Shown here one piece after another: positions 1-13,285 of a stretch of DNA of 64,000 bases. The DNA comes from Haliotis rufescens (Eukaryota), in the NCBI RefSeq assembly GCF_023055435.1, contig NW_025964346.1, forward strand, positions 2,418,001 to 2,482,000. Reading direction: 5' to 3'. Numbering within the stretch: the first letter of the stretch is position 1; the number at the start of each line of letters is the position of its first letter. Made by a program: the position numbers and the translations under genes. A model generated the notes under the pieces. It was not told where the DNA came from. It did no database searches and saw only the letters and a program-made list of their open reading frames with translations.

Positions 1-203
1 CTGCTTGTCGTAAGAGGCGACTAACGGGATCGGGTGGTCAGGCTCGCTGACTTGGTTGATGCATGTCATCGATCCCAATTGAGTGGATCGATGCTCATGA
101 TATTAATCACTGGATTGTCTGGTTCAGACTCGATAATTTACAGATCACCGTCATATAGCTGGAATATTGCAGAGGGCGGCGTTAAACAACAAACAAACAA
201 ACA
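1..203 (+). mobile_element. SINE family A (Nin-domain type), cut by window start
   Basis: CTTGTCGTAAGAGGCGACTAA Nin-like core, GCTGGAATATTGC..GGCGTTAAAC 3' part and (CAAA)n tail; many copies in the window. Confidence 0.85.
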
Positions 204-469
204 ATAGTATCTTAAGCGCCTTTTTGATAATGTGCTGCTCATAAACGTCACCGATGTGTTGAAATTGGGTACCTGAGATTTTGCTTGCTGTATTTAGAAT
301 TTTATATATTTGACATTTATTTTGAAAAGCTCCCGTGCCCAGCAGTTAACAATAAAAATTCAAATGCTTTGAATAAATATTCTTTAAAACTGAGTATTGT
401 AATATCTAGTTAAAAATACCTAAGATGCCTATAGAAATACAATCACTTTTGGCCCTTTTTATATGTACG

Positions 470-700
470 CTTTGTGTTGGCATTCAAAGTGAGTTTTGAA
501 TCAAAAATGGTGCCAAGATACTTATATTGTTCAACCAAATCAATATTGTCGTTCTCAATACCAACCGCCAGAATTTCGGTCTGCCTTTGTCGTTTTAACA
601 TTTAGAGGAAGAAAAATAATTGGATCTACTCCACTTGGGTATGACGAGTGTGGAGTTAACCTCGAAATAAACATGGAAACAAACAGACAATTGCATACAA
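470..700 (-). mobile_element. Decayed non-LTR retrotransposon (LINE) fragment
   Basis: Minus strand encodes EQYKYLGTIFDSKLTL, a typical LINE reverse transcriptase C-terminal motif; interrupted by stops. Confidence 0.5.
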
Positions 701-1600
701 TCAGCCAGGTGACATATTGAGATGTCCTGATTCCCCGACAACTGGGGAATATACCTCGGTATCCCTGAAGAATTCCTTCAATTGAAAATATGGTTCAAAC
801 TTTCTGTCATGCCGTTATGCCATGATGAGAGAGAAGTTGGACATTGCTTGGCCCAAATCGATACCATAGAGATGGGTCTCAAAATCCATATGACAGCCTT
901 ATTCCTGAAAAAATAATACTCTGGTACAACATTTGAGAGATAAGTAGGATATACGTTTTTTTGGTATATTTAGAATTCATACTTCATTGCAGGCTTATGA
1001 TTTGCTTAGGTTGAGAGTATTGGCAACTGTCTGTCTTCCAATGGATGACAATTTGTGTTTAATTCTCTAGAAGTGTGTCTTTGCTTCAACTTTATAAAGT
1101 GTTTACTGGTATATCAGATAATAATATATATATTGATATGAATGTGTCTGGTGAACGAATAACAGTCGCATCTTATTGTAATAAAGAAGTTGTTCATCAT
1201 ATATCTTATCCTTATGTAATACTCCAACTTCTAAATGCCTCTAAAAGATTTATTTACTGGTATATCAGATTTGGAGGTAAATGTGACTTGTGAACTGTAG
1301 GTAGTCTGTTTTGTAACTGGACGAACAGCACACTTCCTCGTTTATTATATACCAATCAAAGGTCATGAAGTGCTACCCAATACTTTATATATGTTCGACT
1401 ATGTGTTGACAGTATTTAACTTCATGGTGATAGATTTTATAATCTTAATGAATGTGACTAACAGTTTGAATTACATCACAAAGCCACACATCAAGCTCTG
1501 GTGGTAAGAATAGCTGAACATTGATTGGCACAGATCGATTCCTTATGGAAGGGTCTAAAAAAACAAATAAAAGTTGTCTTTTCCTAAAGCAAACTGTGTT

Positions 1601-1848
1601 TCACGCTGTACTCAGCAATATTCCAGCTATATGACGGCGGTTTGTAAATAATCGAGTATGGACCAGACAATCCAATGATTGACACCATGAGCATCGATCT
1701 ACACAAATGGGATACGATGACATGCATCAACCAAGTCAGCGAGCCTGACCACCTGATCCCGTTAGTCGCCTCTTACGACAAGCATAGTCGCCTCTTATGG
1801 CAAGAATGGGTTGCTGAAGATCTACTTTCTACTTGGATCTTCACGGGT
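1601..1848 (-). mobile_element. SINE family A
   Basis: Reverse complement of the family A sequence, 5' end ACCCGTGAAGATC at 1848. Confidence 0.85.
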
Positions 1849-1987
1849 CGGCATGATCTTCACGGGTCGGCATGATCTTAACGGGTCGGCATGATCTTAA
1901 CGGGTCTGCATGATCTTCATGGGTCGGCATGATCTTCACGGGTCGGCATGATCTTCATGGGTCGGCATGATCTTCACGGGTCTGCAT
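1836..1987. repeat. 19-bp minisatellite (GATCTTCACGGGTCGGCAT) x8
   Basis: Direct tandem copies; the unit spans the SINE 5' end plus flanking sequence. Confidence 0.9.
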
Positions 1988-1989
1988 AC

Positions 1990-3230
1990 TATTGACTGCA
2001 CTAAATGCTGCTGCGTTTCTCCTTCAAATTCATTTCCAATGAGCAAGTCTACACCTTTGACAGGGAGAGTTTCTACAACCATAACCTTTACCAAGAACCA
2101 CATAAACCCTCTTACAAAACCTCAGACTTCACCGATGCCTCTTCAGAAAGTGCCAAAATACCATCCAAAATCAGAGTATGAAGAGCACCATTTTCCCTCA
2201 AAATGGGAACTATCACCTCTAGTTGACACAAAATCTTTACTAACAAAAGGTAAGTACTCCTCTCTCACAACAACAGACTTTGATGACTGGTCTACAACAG
2301 CTAACTCCTCATTAACCGTACCACAAAAAGGCTATGACCTGACATTCACAAACAAAAGCATTAGGGGAAGAATGACTGAGCTCAGAAATGATGTGCCCTG
2401 GCTTGCGACAACATCTACAAGTTTGCTCCAACGAAATATCTTCAGAACCAACTCGAGTAGAACCAGACATTTTGTCCACAAACTCAGAACGAGACTTGTT
2501 TGTACTAGATCTATGATGGGATGAACTATCTTTTCCTGATTTGTAACCCTGCGAAGTCCTCGCCAGTAAACCCTGACTGCTTAAAACTAACTTAGTGAGC
2601 GAATAATCATCAGCCAAAGTAGCAGCATTGTGTAATGTCTGTTGACACACACTGCTTAACAACCTCCAGGACAACCAATTGCCTCCAACTATCAAAGTCA
2701 CCATTCACCTCCTTTGATGTACACCACCTGCCAAACAAAGTTTCCTTCTCCCTTGCAAACTCAATAAAAGTAGAACCCACCTGTTTCTTCGCAGACCAAA
2801 GGTTTTGTCTATAAGCTTCGGGAACCAAGTCATTAGCCTCCAAAACTTCAGACTTAACATCCAGAACTTCTAGGGAAGGCAGAATAAACTTCCTGAGCTT
2901 TTCCCCTAAACATGGTCCACTGATTCTCAGGCCAATTCTTTAAATCAAGTTGTTTCGGACAAATTTCTTTATCATCTTCCAATCTAAATTTTTCATTCTC
3001 AGCTCTATTTTCTTTGAGCGGAAATTTTCTCTCTTTTGCTGCTTTTTCTTCTTCAATTTCTTTAAGCTGGAATTCTCTCTTTTCTGTTTCCATTTTTCAA
3101 AGCCGAATTTCTTTTTCCACAGCCATTTTTTCTCTTTCAAATTCCTTTCAACCAGGTAACTTATCAAAACATTTTCTTGAGATCAGCCTTAAGCATTACC
3201 AATTTTATGTCAAATTTGTAATGCTTGGCC
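1990..3230 (-). mobile_element. Gypsy LTR retrotransposon relic, gag-protease region with SCAN-like capsid (Gmr1-like)
   Basis: Frameshifted pieces: charged coiled coil, WPENQW, LVPEAYRQ..FAREKETLFGRWC..FDSWRQLVVLE, and degenerate zinc knuckle CRCCRKPGHIISE. Confidence 0.75.
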
Positions 3231-3910
3231 AATGATGCATGAAAAATACAAGTTATTACACTCTCAAGCGTAGGTTTATTCAGGTTGAGGTTAGAAACAT
3301 GAAAAAAGTATGAAACACATTATTTTAATCAAACAATTTCAAAATGGAATAAATTAAATTCTATCTATCACTGTTGCATACACATGTTGAAAAGTTTCAA
3401 ACAGCAAGTGGGGGACTGTACTGACATTTGTTGCAGGCTTGGAATCTATGTAGCAATAATTGGAAATAATGTACTGCTTTGTTTTTATATAATGATATAC
3501 AATTTTGATGTATTGCTGAGGTTGCTGGACAACTGGAATTAATTAGATATTTAATAAAACCTTGTATGGTGAAACGTTTTCCTTAGATCAACAAAAGGCA
3601 TTCTGACAGATTGTCATGCAAGATGTCTTAAAGATGTTTTAATATTTGGTAATGACATAGAAGAATGTCCAGTCAAAAATAAAACAAAAAGTCATTTGTC
3701 CTCAGCAAAAAGCACGGTTTAAGTAGATATGAAACTCATGTTCAACATTATCATAGCCAAAACTAGAACAATATGTAAATAACCAACACCCTTGATAAAC
3801 ACTGACTCCAGTTCAATCACCCACCGCCTAACAATTTGGCTAATGATTTTCTATAAAGAATGACAGCAATTCTGTGTTAAATATTGTTCAATATTGATCA
3901 TAGTTATATA

Positions 3911-5674
3911 CACAAAGAAAAAAGCTCACCCTAATACATTTCTTTATTGTTTGGTCCCAATATGTGTAAGAGTCATGAAAGATATAATTGCGGGAAGAAT
4001 TATGTTTTCTCGAGATGATGTAATCAGTCATGCCTGACGAAAGCTCACGTGCCATGCAAGGTATGCCCGTGCAGCATGCTACCCCCGAGTATCTCTGAAA
4101 GCAGTATATCCAAACGTTAAAACTGCTTTCTTAAGCTCGATTCTAAACAGTTATTCCATGACATTGTGTGACCATGGCACGAAGGCGATTATCAAACGCC
4201 ACAAGATGGCAAATAATCGGCATGCATAATGCAGGAATGTCTTGCAATGCAATTGGTCGGAATTTGGGGTATAATCACACTCTCGTAAGCGGTTTAGTCG
4301 AGAAACATGCTCAGACTAGTGATGCACAGGACCGTCCCAGATCCGGAAGACCTCAAGTGACGACACATCGCGAAGACACCTTCTTCGTCTCATACGCCGG
4401 GAAGCCTTTTTAACAAGTACTCATCTAAAACAGCTGTGGTTGCCCAAACGTCGTTTCAGCACCAGAATCGCCAGGAACCGGCTGAAAGCAGCAGGGCTGA
4501 GGGCTAGACGAGTCATAACGCGTCCCTTGTTGAGAGATCACCGCAAAGCTAGCATGGCTTATTGCGCAACAGAACTCGAATCTGAGAACTTGGAAACGGA
4601 TCCATTGGTCAGACGAAAGTCGCTTTCTGCTTCACGTCACTGATGGAAGAACCAGAGTTTGGAGGCACTGGAACACTGTCTACACCCCTAGAAACATTAA
4701 ACCGACTTTTGCATACGACGGGGGCTCTGTAATGGTTTGGGGTGTATCTCTCATGGTTGCAGGTTTGATTTAACAGGGGATCAGTACATCCGGGACGTCG
4801 TCGTTCCTTATTTTGACAACCACCCTCTTGCCACTCGACCTCAGTACATGGATGACAATGCCAGGCCTCATCGTTCGCATGCTGGCCAATGCAATAACGA
4901 CTCTACCCTGGCCACCAATGAGCCCAGGTTTGAACCCCCTTGAACATGTTGGGGATATTCTGGGGCGGCGCATACAGTGAGTGAGATCCTCCTGTACAAG
5001 ATTTACGCCAATTGGAAACAGCATTGTTGTTGTTGTTTGTTGTTTAACGCCGCACTCAGCATTATTCCAGCTATATGACGGCGGTCTGTAAATAATCGAG
5101 TCTGGACCAGACAATCCAGTGATTGACATCATTCCAGGCGATTGGAATTGATGACATGTATTAACCAAGTCAGCGAGCCTGACCACCCGATCCCGTTAGT
5201 CACCTCTTACTACACGCATAGTCGCCTTTTACGGCAAGTATGGGTTGCTGAAGACCTATTCTACCCCGGAATCTTTACGAGTGGAAACAGCACTGCATCA
5301 GGAGTGGTTGTTGTTGACGGAATGCGTCACCCTGGCACGTGGCGGGCACTGATCTGTTTCACGTGTCATGACAAGTAGAGACTTTAAGGAACATTTTCAC
5401 ATGAAACATCAAACGTAACTCGTTTACATAATCCTGTAGCGCCATACTTTTTTTAGGTATTGTCTAAGGTAAAAACAGTACCTGTGTTACCATGATGTTT
5501 TCGTCAGTGAATTTCACTCATTACTCACCAATATCTTCTTTTCTTGTTGTCAAATGTTTGTTCTATCCGATGACATAGGTATCGCCCAGCTCCTGTGGTC
5601 AGTCATCCAATGCCATGATTTTTGCTATTTGTCATGGTTCAGAAATAGGGGTGCGCTTAACTTTTTTCATTGTG
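3911..5674 (+). mobile_element. Tc1/mariner DNA transposon, defective, with nested SINE
   Basis: Imperfect TIRs CACAAAGAAAAAAG / CTTTTTTCATTGTG flanked by TA. Frameshifted transposase from 4174: HTH..RSGRP, WSDESRF, MDDNARPH, SPGLNPLEH. Confidence 0.9.
5024..5281 (-). mobile_element. SINE family A inserted in the Tc1 transposase
   Basis: Full-length family A copy with target-site duplication TGGAAACAGCA (5013-5023, 5282-5292). Confidence 0.9.
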
Positions 5675-6443
5675 TATATATGAAATTAAACTTAAAGTAT
5701 ATATTGTATTCTGTTCAAGAGGTCCGCCTATTTGCCATGTTTTTCCTGAATCTTGTCAATCACATCAGTGTCAAAAGAGACAGAAAATTCAATGATATAT
5801 ATGTTTTTATGAAAAAGGACAAGATCAGGCTTATTGGCTTGAATAGGTCTGAGGTTTTATACGGACCAACTCTAAAGAACTTTATATTTTTCATTATTCA
5901 TGGTAATACAAGGGTCGAGCCACTCCATCATGTCGCTTAAGATACTATCTTTAGGCTGGCGATCCACTGGCGATGTGTTGGACAGTCTCATTAAATTCAT
6001 TTCATAATCTACATTTCATATTTACATTTTGATGCAAAATCACACATTGATGGTTTAGATTGGAAAGTGACTGGTCTTGAGCAGCAAACAGAAAGCCTTC
6101 TGTTTCACGTTTAGGCCAGCCGACTTCATCCAAGCAAAGAAAACTGCAGGGCTGCTGATCCTCTCGACACACAGCACTCAAACTCGGTGCAGTGGTCGTT
6201 CAGATAGCCTCTCCCCGAAAAACTGAGTGTGTGCCGATTTGATATTGCACTTCGCTTGGTTGACACTCATTTTTGTACAGTCCAGCAGTACAGAACCATC
6301 AACAAATTTATTAGCCAAAATTTGTCAAAAACATGAAAAAGCCACTTTAATTTAATTTTCAAATCATTACAAAACTGGGCTATTGACAATCGTCTCGTTC
6401 TTCACGAATGTTGTAGGAGCGTGATCCGCCGAATATCCCAACT

Positions 6444-6556
6444 GTGTGGATCGATGCGCATGCCAATCACTGGATTGTCTGGTCCAGACTCGATTATCTA
6501 CAGGCCGCCGTCATAGAGCTGAAATATTGTCGAGTGCCGCATTGAACAAACAAACA
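6444..6556 (+). mobile_element. SINE family A, 3' fragment
   Basis: CACTGGATTGTCTGGTCCAGACTCG...AAACAAAC. Confidence 0.7.
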
Positions 6557-6909
6557 TGCATCATTCATAGCTTCGTACGTGATTATCGAACGTTGTGGTT
6601 GACCGGTGGTCGTTCTTCTATTCATATTGATACAAGGTACTATGTTAAACATAGTCACAGAATCAAACTTTTTTACACCTCGACTCACAAGTGACCACTG
6701 AGGTTACTACGGGAATGTGCACCACAGTGACATAGCATACAAATATAGCCAAGGCACTGTAGCTTGACTGGCTGGCTATGCAGTCAATAGCTGTTTGCTT
6801 TAGGAGCGTGATCCGCTGAATGTAATATGAACCTGCTATAACACTGTAACACAGTTTGAAGCAACAGAGAAATGCATGTGTGATCGCAGAGTGTGTGGAT
6901 GTCAGTGAA

Positions 6910-9900
6910 ATGCCAAGAAGGACTTTGGAATGTATTCTGTGTACCTTGATTATATCTTTAAACATTGTGTTGCTGGTGGTATGTCTGTGCGTCACGATAC
7001 ACCGTATGGGATCGCACAGTTCAGGAAGACATGGCACTCGGGCTCAATACCAGGACTCCGTGAACCAGGTGAGACTCGTGTGTGGATGGTTGTTACTGGA
7101 TGAAGTGTGGCTGGAATGAGTAGGGAAGTTTTACATCTTACGTACGTCATTCGCGCTTCGTGCTTCTAAAACAAATTTTCCTTATGCACCACGGAATGAG
7201 TGAGTGAGACTTCAGACATTGTACCCATGTCGGGAATCGAACCCGGGTCTTCGGCGCGACGAGCGAACGCTTTAACCACTAGGCTACCCGACCACGGGAT
7301 GAAGCTGCCACTTCACATGCTTGTTCCCATCAACCACGACACCCGTATTTGTTCACGACACCCGTATTTGTTCACGACACCCGTATTTCACGACACCCGT
7401 ATTTGTTCAAGAGGTTCGAATCTGATTTTCGATTTTGACGCCCTGTCAGCTTGTATATTGAAAAACCTATGTACCGCCATAATTTTACTTGGTCCTATTT
7501 GTTCAGAATGCAATGGGTGTTGGTATTTGTTTAGTTTTAACACATACTTTCCGTTTTTCGCAATATATTCTAATTTGGTCTCTGATTTGACCATGCTCTT
7601 AAATTATCTCAAATGGCATATTTGGCTTAGGGAGCTGAACTTTGGCATGCGTGTTTCACCTTTTGATGACCCGTGAAGATCGGGGTAGAATAGGTCTTCA
7701 GCAACCCTTGCTTGCCGTAAAAGGTGACTATTTCTGTCGTAAGAGGGCGGTCGAGTAGCCTAGTGGTAGCCCAAGACCCGGGTTCGATTCCCGACATGGG
7801 TACAATGTGTGAAGCCCATTTCTGGTGGCCCCGCCGTGAAATTGCGGGAATATTGCTAAAAGCGGCGTAAAACCATACTCACTCACTCACTGTCGTAAGA
7901 GGCCACTAACGGGATCGGGTGGTCAGGCTCGCTGACTTGGTTGAAGCATGTCATCGTATCCCAATTGCATGGATCGATGCTCATGATGTCAGTCACTGGA
8001 TTGTCTGGTCCGGATATGATTATTTACAGACCGCCGTCATCTAGCTGGGATATTGCTAAGTGCGGTATTAACCAACAAACAAACAAACTTCATGATGACA
8101 TATTTTGTTCAAATCATCAGACTTTAGTTTTGGTTATAATCCCCAATATTCATGCAAAAGTTGTGAATAACCCTGTCAGCTCCAGACAATCGATCCTCGC
8201 AGTTTCATGCTTAAACAGTCACCGAGCCTGACCACCTGATCAAGTTTGTCGCCACTGATGACAAGCATGGGTTGATGGAGATCAACTGTTACTCAGATGT
8301 TCACGGTCAGTGAATGATGTGTTTGTTATCAACTTGTCGCAGGGTCAGGCTTCTAGTCGGCCCAGACAAGTATACGAAGGCAGAGTGTCAATAAAGGTAT
8401 TTATTTGCCTGTAACATGAAACGTCAACATGAGAAAGGTGTTGATTGCTGTCGGCCAATCTTCCAGGCTGACAGCTGACAATTGACTGTCCATATTATAT
8501 GACGATATATATAATAATGATAGGAGTAAAATAGGCAATATATATATATAAGCGCTGATTGGCTATGCATGCTAGTGCCTTTATAAGGAGATAATATACT
8601 GACGTCACATTTATGGCGCGAAGTCAGTGATCCATAAAATTGTTTTGGATGTAATATGGTATTAAAATATGAAACATATATACATATAGTAGTATTCCTT
8701 TTCACACACTGTCTTACGTGTTATGCTAGTAACGTCATTAAGTTAGTAATAGCGATTAGCGCAATGTTTACAATATACGCGATCGATTCTTTACTAGTGT
8801 GTGAGTTAAAGTTTAACGTCACATCGGCAATATTTCAGCCATACAGTGACGAAACAAAATTTGACATCAACAATATATTTTAAACTGTATAAAATTCCGC
8901 CGACAAAGGGTAGTATAATAACTAGAACATCACAGATTTACATAAAACTAGTTAGAGAACATGTACAAATATATTATCATTTTGCAACACAATATAAAAA
9001 CAGGCTATAGATCGCCAACAACTGAAGGTAGATCACCACGCTCGAGTCCATGAGGATTCCTTACTAACTTCCTTGAAGTTACATTACTTCATTGGTTAGT
9101 AAGTACTATATTCGACGTACTTGATACACTAGCAATAAGATATAGATGTAGAAGGCATATATAAGGGAGGTGCTTACCTTTAACATGGAACGTCAACATG
9201 AGAAAAGTGTTGATTGCTGTCGGCCATCCTACCAGGCTGAGAGGTGACAATTGACTGTGCATACAAATTGTCATGACGTCACAGGTAGAAGCCAGGTACG
9301 GGTAGCACGTACAACTCATTACATGCAGACAGTGGAGGAGTGGCATTAAAATGGATGAAAATAGAAATAAGGCTGCCGGCGACAAACTTAAGGTGTATTA
9401 CTCCAGGGAACTTGAATACAGTATAACTGTTTATTGGTGAACTAATTTAGTTGATATCTGACGGCGACTCTTTGCTTGTGTTGCAGAGCCTGGCCCGTTT
9501 GATGACAGAACACCAGGAGCAGGGTGCGTATTCTTCTTATCACCTAATTCAAGATGATACCGACACATCCTCCCCCTTCACTTAAATTTACGTCGGTGAA
9601 GGGCTGTTTTATACCTCGTGCTTAAGTTGCAAAGAAAAATAGGATCTCATTCATATCCGATCTTAGTGCTCGCTACCGACACACAAAGATGAGGACATTC
9701 AATTACAGGGCCCACTTGCACAAAGCGATCTTAGCGCTACGATGATATTAGCTCCGATACTCTGGGCCCAGAGGCTGCGGGTCAGTAACAGCGACATTTA
9801 GTATATGCATAATGCGTTAAACTTATGGACGGCCCTTTGCTACGGTACAGGGGACGTTCTAACTCAAACTAACAATTTCAACGATTAGACATCGGGTCAT

Positions 9901-12254
9901 AGTTCTCAAACCTACACATAATCATCTAAAAAATACAATTAGTCAGTCCATGCAGGTCATGAACGTATATTGAGCAATATTATTGGGTCGTCTTCTCCGA
10001 CGTCCGCTCAGTCACCACCTATTTCAGGTATACAGACTCTGCCAACAGCAACTGGTATTATACGATGAATATTTGAAATTGTGGACGGGAAATGCATTTT
10101 TATATTGTATATAAGAAAAAAAGGCATAATTGTTTCTATTATTTATTTAAACTCGGTTATTTGGCTTTTTGTCATCATTGGTTTATCAATGGAAGCCAGC
10201 TTCTCTTGAAAAGCATCCACTTTGAGATCAGCTGATGACTAACTTAATGAGATTAATGCAGGTGTTGAAAGTCTCGTACGGAAGATCCCTCAGACATGTT
10301 CGTCATGGACATGAGAGCGAAGCTCCGTTCTAGATGCAGAACCTGGCCCTCAATGTTCGCTACGCATCTAAGAACAGGGACACCACAAGCCAGCTCAGAA
10401 CAGGGACACCACAAGCCAGCTCTGTGTGTCAAAGGGTGCTCTCACAGGACATGATTCACATATATGTTCTTATCATCAAATAAATATGTGATATAAGGTC
10501 TTGTTTGAAATATATATATATACAATAGAACATCCAGAACATCTACTGCTTGAGTAGGGCCATAAACAGCTGAAGAACAAAACAATGACTCCTGCACTTA
10601 CTGTCTGCATGTTTTTTTCTTGTAAAAAAGCATTACGACAAAACCACTTTCCCTATTGGCAGACTCACGACCCTAAGAAGATCGAACTCCCCAAAGAAGA
10701 GAACAAGTAACTCAGCAATATTACAGCTATATGACGGCGGTCTGTAAATGATCGAGTCTGGAACAGGCAATCCAGCGATTGACATCATGAGCATCAATCC
10801 ACGCAACTGGGATACGATGATATGCATAACCAAGTCACAGAGCCTGACCACCTGAACCCGTTACGACTAGGACAGTCGCCTTTTACCTACATTAAAGACT
10901 TTTGGAAACAACTGCAGGTCTCGTTCATTGTTCACACCGACCATCGGCCGAAACACATTCCATTTGGCATAAGAGGCGACTAGTGGTGAATATTTATTGA
11001 ATGGTAAATCGGTAATGGTGGCAATATTGATCTTCAAACATTGGCCTGCGACATTGGCAAACAAACAAACAAACAAACAACAAACAAACAGACCCCACTA
11101 TAAACCCAACAAAAGATCAAAATGAAACATCAAGTATACCTGCCCGTCAATATACGCGCTTATGTTTTCAGATGTTGTCAAGCTGCAGCAGGAATTTGTT
11201 GCCGCAGAAGCCACGACTGCCAAACCTGCCGCCCATTGTGGCATACGTCTAACGAATCTTACAGGTACGAGTTACACTATCGTTAAAGTAATAATTGATT
11301 GTTTTAAGAATTAGAAACAAAGTTAGCTTATTTCTGATTCTTAAGGCTAAGTAAATACACTATCTATATACTACATTCTCTGTAAATATGTGAACGACTG
11401 GTTTCGGCATACAGGAGATGTTCCTGTGCTATCCTGGGATGCAAGGTCTTCCGTGTCGTTCTTTCAGGAAGGGATGACGTATACAGAAGGAGCAGTGATA
11501 GTTCCCAGTGCGGGGTACTACTTCGTATACTCACAGNNNNNNNNNNNNNNNNNNNNNNNNNNNNNNNNNNNNNNNNNNNNNNNNNNNNNNNNNNNNNNNN
11601 NNNNNNNNNNNNNNNNNNNNNNNNNNNNNNNNNNNNNNNNNNNNNNNNNNNNNNNNNNNNNNNNNNNNNNNNNNNNNNNNNNNNNNNNNNNNNNNNNNNN
11701 NNNNNNNNNNNNNNNNNNNNNNNNNNNNNNNNNNNNNNNNNNNNNNNNNGTGAGAGAATGCTTGTGTGAGCGAGAATGTGTCTGCGTCTGAGTATGTGTG
11801 TGCGTGTGTGAGAGAGACTGTGTGAGAGTATGTTAGTGAGAGTGTGAGTATGTGTATCTGTGTGTGTGTGTGTGTGAAAGGTGCACATTTTATGATAGAC
11901 AGTCATTATGGTATATGTTCATGGAGATTCGTATACTTATTTTACATCACAATTCCTCGTTACTCTCTGCAGTTGCTATACAGTGGCAGCGGAACCCAGG
12001 AGTTAGACTATGGGCGGATCATTCACGCAGTGGTGAAACAGAAGGCGTCAGAGCTGGAGGAAGCACCAACACCCCTGATGAGGAACCTACAGTCCACCCC
12101 CAGCATCAGACGGGGACGTCCCGCCTACACCACCAGCAGCCTCGGGGCCACCTTCTACCTGGAGGCCCACACCAGGGTCAAGGTCATGTCCAGTGTTCCC
12201 GGGAACATCATCTACTCCCCTTGTTCGAGTTATTTCGGACTTTATCTGGTTTAG
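6910..12254 (+). CDS. TNF superfamily ligand (TNF-1), type II membrane protein, ~230 aa, 5 coding exons
   Basis: join(6910..7068,9487..9523,11172..11264,11415..11536,11973..12254), AG/GT boundaries and phases 0,1,1,0 all consistent. The exon-4 donor abuts an N gap. Protein: short cytoplasmic MPRRTLE, TM CILCTLIISLNIVLLVVCLCVTI, stalk, then TNF homology domain motifs [40 protein letters not shown]. The start codon is the least certain part. Confidence 0.9.
7197..7293 (-). mobile_element. tRNA-derived SINE family B, internally deleted
   Basis: Reverse complement contains A box TAGCCTAGTGG and B box GGTTCGATTCC. Confidence 0.75.
7669..8087 (+). mobile_element. SINE family A interrupted by SINE family B (7745-7890)
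   Basis: Family A head at 7669; family B copy with B box and (CACT)n tail, flanked by duplicated CTGTCGTAAGAGG (7734-7746, 7890-7902). Confidence 0.9.
10710..10884 (-). mobile_element. SINE family A, partial
   Basis: CTCAGCAATATT..CAGCTATATGACGGCGGTCTGTAAAT...GAGCCTGACCACC. Confidence 0.8.
11537..11749. other. Assembly gap (213 N)
   Basis: Run of N immediately after the TNF-1 exon ending ...TCACAG. Confidence 0.99.
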
Positions 12255-13219
12255 CGGGTCTCTGGCATGGAACCTCCACGTGGTGGACCTGGATAGGTGG
12301 GGAAACTCTCACCGAACTAGTACCTGCCATCACCTGATTGTCACCGTATGTTCTTTAGTATGGTAGAATTTAGACAAAGTATATTCTTCACGATTGAACT
12401 GCTATCAAGTCTCCAGTGTTCTTTCTGTTCCATGAGACACCAGGGCATAGCAGTCAGTGAGCTCTTCATTAGCCAGGTGCACCACCGGGGCTCTTCACTC
12501 ATAGATAACATCTTACACATTGACTGCATTTGAATGTTTGTAATCCGTCGTTTCATCGATTGAGTACAAAGCTAATTCAGAGGTCTTAGCGAATTCTGAA
12601 AAACGGAAATGACGGACCGCCAGCTGTGGTCTTTCCTCGAGAATTGTGAACAACTAACGTCATGCATGTATCTTGGATATCAACCCTACGCTGTTTGCAA
12701 TGATCCGTGCTTTGTACATCCAAAAATAGTTCTTAGTCATTTGAATGATGTGGCAATCCGTCAAATGTATGGTTTTGTTCGTGTTGAGTCCCGTACAGTT
12801 CTGTCAACATCGGAAGGCAGTGTACGTAGCCCAGGAAACAAATCACAACGGTTGTTGCTACTGGCTGCCTTGCATGACGGAATTTAGTGACAACAAGGGA
12901 TAAGTACACATTGTTACACGCAGAAATGGTTTGACGTCGTCTGTGAATATACTTCTAGTGAGTGAGTGAGTTGGGTTTAACGCCTCTTTTAACAGTATTC
13001 CAGTTATATCGCGGCGTGTCAGCTTAATGTGGGAGGAAAGCCCGAAGTGATGCAGGTCTCAGACGTTTACCACTTCGGTGAAACCCACGAGCACGGGTTT
13101 TAATATAGTTCCAAATGAAATACAAACAGTGGGATAGTGTAGCAAAGCCTTGATAGGCGAACCATTCACGCTTGAGGCTCGTGTGCCTGACTTTCGTTTC
13201 ATTGTGTAAACAATACTGC

Positions 13220-13285
13220 CAGGCACAGGCACAGGCACATGCACAGGCACAGCCACAGGCACAGGCACAGCCACAGGCACAGGCA
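13220..13285. repeat. (GGCACA)n microsatellite
   Basis: About 11 hexamer copies. Confidence 0.85.

Noticed and set aside
6600-7130. NF-kB-like sites near the TNF-1 start (e.g. GGGAAGTTTT at ~7123)
   Set aside because: Imperfect matches expected by chance; no full consensus GGGRNNYYCC seen.
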